A stretch of 64,000 bases of DNA from Mobula hypostoma (taxonomy: Eukaryota): contig NC_086106.1 in the NCBI RefSeq assembly GCF_963921235.1, positions 24,242,001 through 24,306,000 of the forward strand, in the 5' to 3' direction. The stretch's first letter is position 1. Each line of letters begins with the position of its first letter. Positions 62,511-64,000 of the stretch are shown in pieces. Below the pieces are notes generated by a model. It was given only the letters and a program-made list of their open reading frames with translations. It searched no databases and was not told the origin of the DNA. The translations under genes and the position numbers were made by a program.

Positions 62511-62829
62511 GAGTTCAAGGTGCAAGAATACAAGGCCGAGTGTCCGGGCGTGGTTTCCAAAACAACAAATAGGACTGTTTGGCTGGAAAATTGAGCATAA
62601 TGCTACTGTAATTATAGAGCAACGCCTGAACCCTACATTGTTTCCTTTCGACTCAGTGAAATTGTTTGTTTTCTCGTATAGAATTTCTAGGGCCCCGCAG
62701 CGACACTGACTACAGCAGTGTGGATAAATATTCGATGCAGGAGATTCCATATAATCATTATGGACCTGGATATCCTCCACTTCGTTTCGAATGACTTTGC
62801 CTGAGAAATCAAATCTTCTTGCATGGCTG
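62511..62829 (-). pseudogene. TCR V pseudogene convergent with the 61959 V
   Basis: TTCTTGCAG acceptor. AAMQEDLISQAKSFETK / EDIQVHNDY (Cys lost)..NIYPHCCSQCRCGALEIL (WYSQY-like)..ESKGNNVGFR / TVLFVVLETTPGHSALYSCTL (GDSALYYCAL-like). Confidence 0.75.
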
Positions 62830-63819
62830 CTGCAAGAATTATGCGTAGGGGCACGATGTTAAAACATACCACGTACAAAATCTTCAAACAAATTTGCCCC
62901 TCACTGATTACATTAGATCAGAACGAAACAATGCAACCTTCACCTTCGGCACGCCAATGTAATATCTAATAGAGTTGGGGATCGTATTTCACACTCGGTC
63001 GATCCTGAAATTTTACTGAATCGATTTAATAAAACATACCATGAGACAGAGATTTTAGAAGTATGATTTTAAAACAAACAGAACACCGGATGATGTTTAT
63101 TTGGGATTTTAGGTACTTGTCTGTTGTTTCTGTTGAAGGATCTTCCGCTTGTCAAAGTAGACTATAGTGTAGACTAGCATAACCTTTCAAAGCGAATGCA
63201 CATCAGATAAGAGATCAATTGAAAGGAGGTGGTGGCCATTGACGTTGAATAAGACATCAAAGGAGTTGTTTGGGGAATGACACAGGGCAGCTGACAAAGG
63301 GTTGTGTTGGGGAACAATGCCAGCATGTACAACACAATTATGGAAGATGATAGATCATGTCACTCGTTTATACCCTAATCATGAGAAAGTATACTTATGA
63401 TGGTATGAGAGAGGATGTTGTAAGAGTTAAGTGAAGCAGGTTTTCTTTTCTGGCAAAGATGATCTTGGCAAGTGGGAAGCCTTCATAAAGTCACACGTTT
63501 GAAGTACTAAGAGTACATATTGCTCTCGGAATTATTCATAACAGCCTCATCAACCTATGGGGTTTTCAGAGATATTGAAGACCGTTCAGAAAATCAAGGA
63601 GGTTCATCACAGATGTCAGCAGGTAGGAAGAAATGATATACGTGAGAAGTATAGAAAGTGCAAAGTAATACTTTGGTAAAAAATAGTGTCAGGAAACTAA
63701 GAGTTAAAGCGTTGCAAATACAACGCTGGGGCTTCGTGAAAAAACTGTTTGTTAATTGATGGGTGGATGCAGAAAACATGGGGAGTTCTTAAGTTGTTTT
63801 TTGTTTAATTTTAAAAACG

Positions 63820-64000
63820 CAAACAACAGGAATTCTGCAGATGCTGGAAATTCAAGCAACACACATTAAAGTTGCTGGTGAACGCAGCAGGCCAGGCAGC
63901 ATCGCTAGGAAGAGGTACCGTCGACGTTTCAGGCCGAGACCCTTCGTCGGGACTAACTGAAGGAAGAGTAGGTAAGATATTTGAAAGTGGGAGGGGGAGG
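63820..64000 (-). mobile_element. 3' end of a Penelope-like element, running off the window edge
   Basis: AACAACAGGAATTCTGCAGATGCTGGAAATTCAAGCAACACAC..GAAGAGGTACCGTCGACGTTTC is the reverse complement of the 9800-9920 terminus. Confidence 0.88.

Noticed and set aside
1-64000. IgHV/TAILV, NAR-TCR V, D, J or constant exons of the kind known in shark TRA/TRD loci
   Set aside because: I found no WVRQ..GLEW/YYCAR V, no 12-RSS, no FGxG with RSS and donor, and no C1 exon by eye. Absence is limited by manual reading.

Overview
This is eukaryotic, repeat-dense vertebrate DNA. The repeat content (CR1-like LINEs with a zinc-finger/SGNH-esterase ORF1, Penelope GIY-YIG elements, Tc1, Gmr1-type Gypsy) suggests a cartilaginous fish, probably a ray; that assignment is inference. 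The host content is part of a T-cell receptor alpha/delta-type variable (V) segment array. Two V segments have open frames and good 23-bp-spacer RSSs: 23036-23327 on the minus strand, and 56453-56945 on the plus strand with an intact leader exon. About a dozen further V pseudogenes or remnants lie on both strands, including a convergent pair whose RSSs are only 44 bp apart. I found no convincing D, J or C segments. Roughly 60% of the window is mobile DNA: two Gmr1-order (PR-INT-RT-RH) Gypsy elements, a divergently oriented pair of chromovirus 3' ends, a decayed class III (ERV-L-like) endogenous retrovirus, three 1.6-1.8 kb solo LTRs with 5-bp TSDs and internal VNTRs, and CR1, Rex1-like, Penelope and Tc1 copies, several of them nested. 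All calls come from manual translation and motif reading. Coordinates of decayed elements are approximate.
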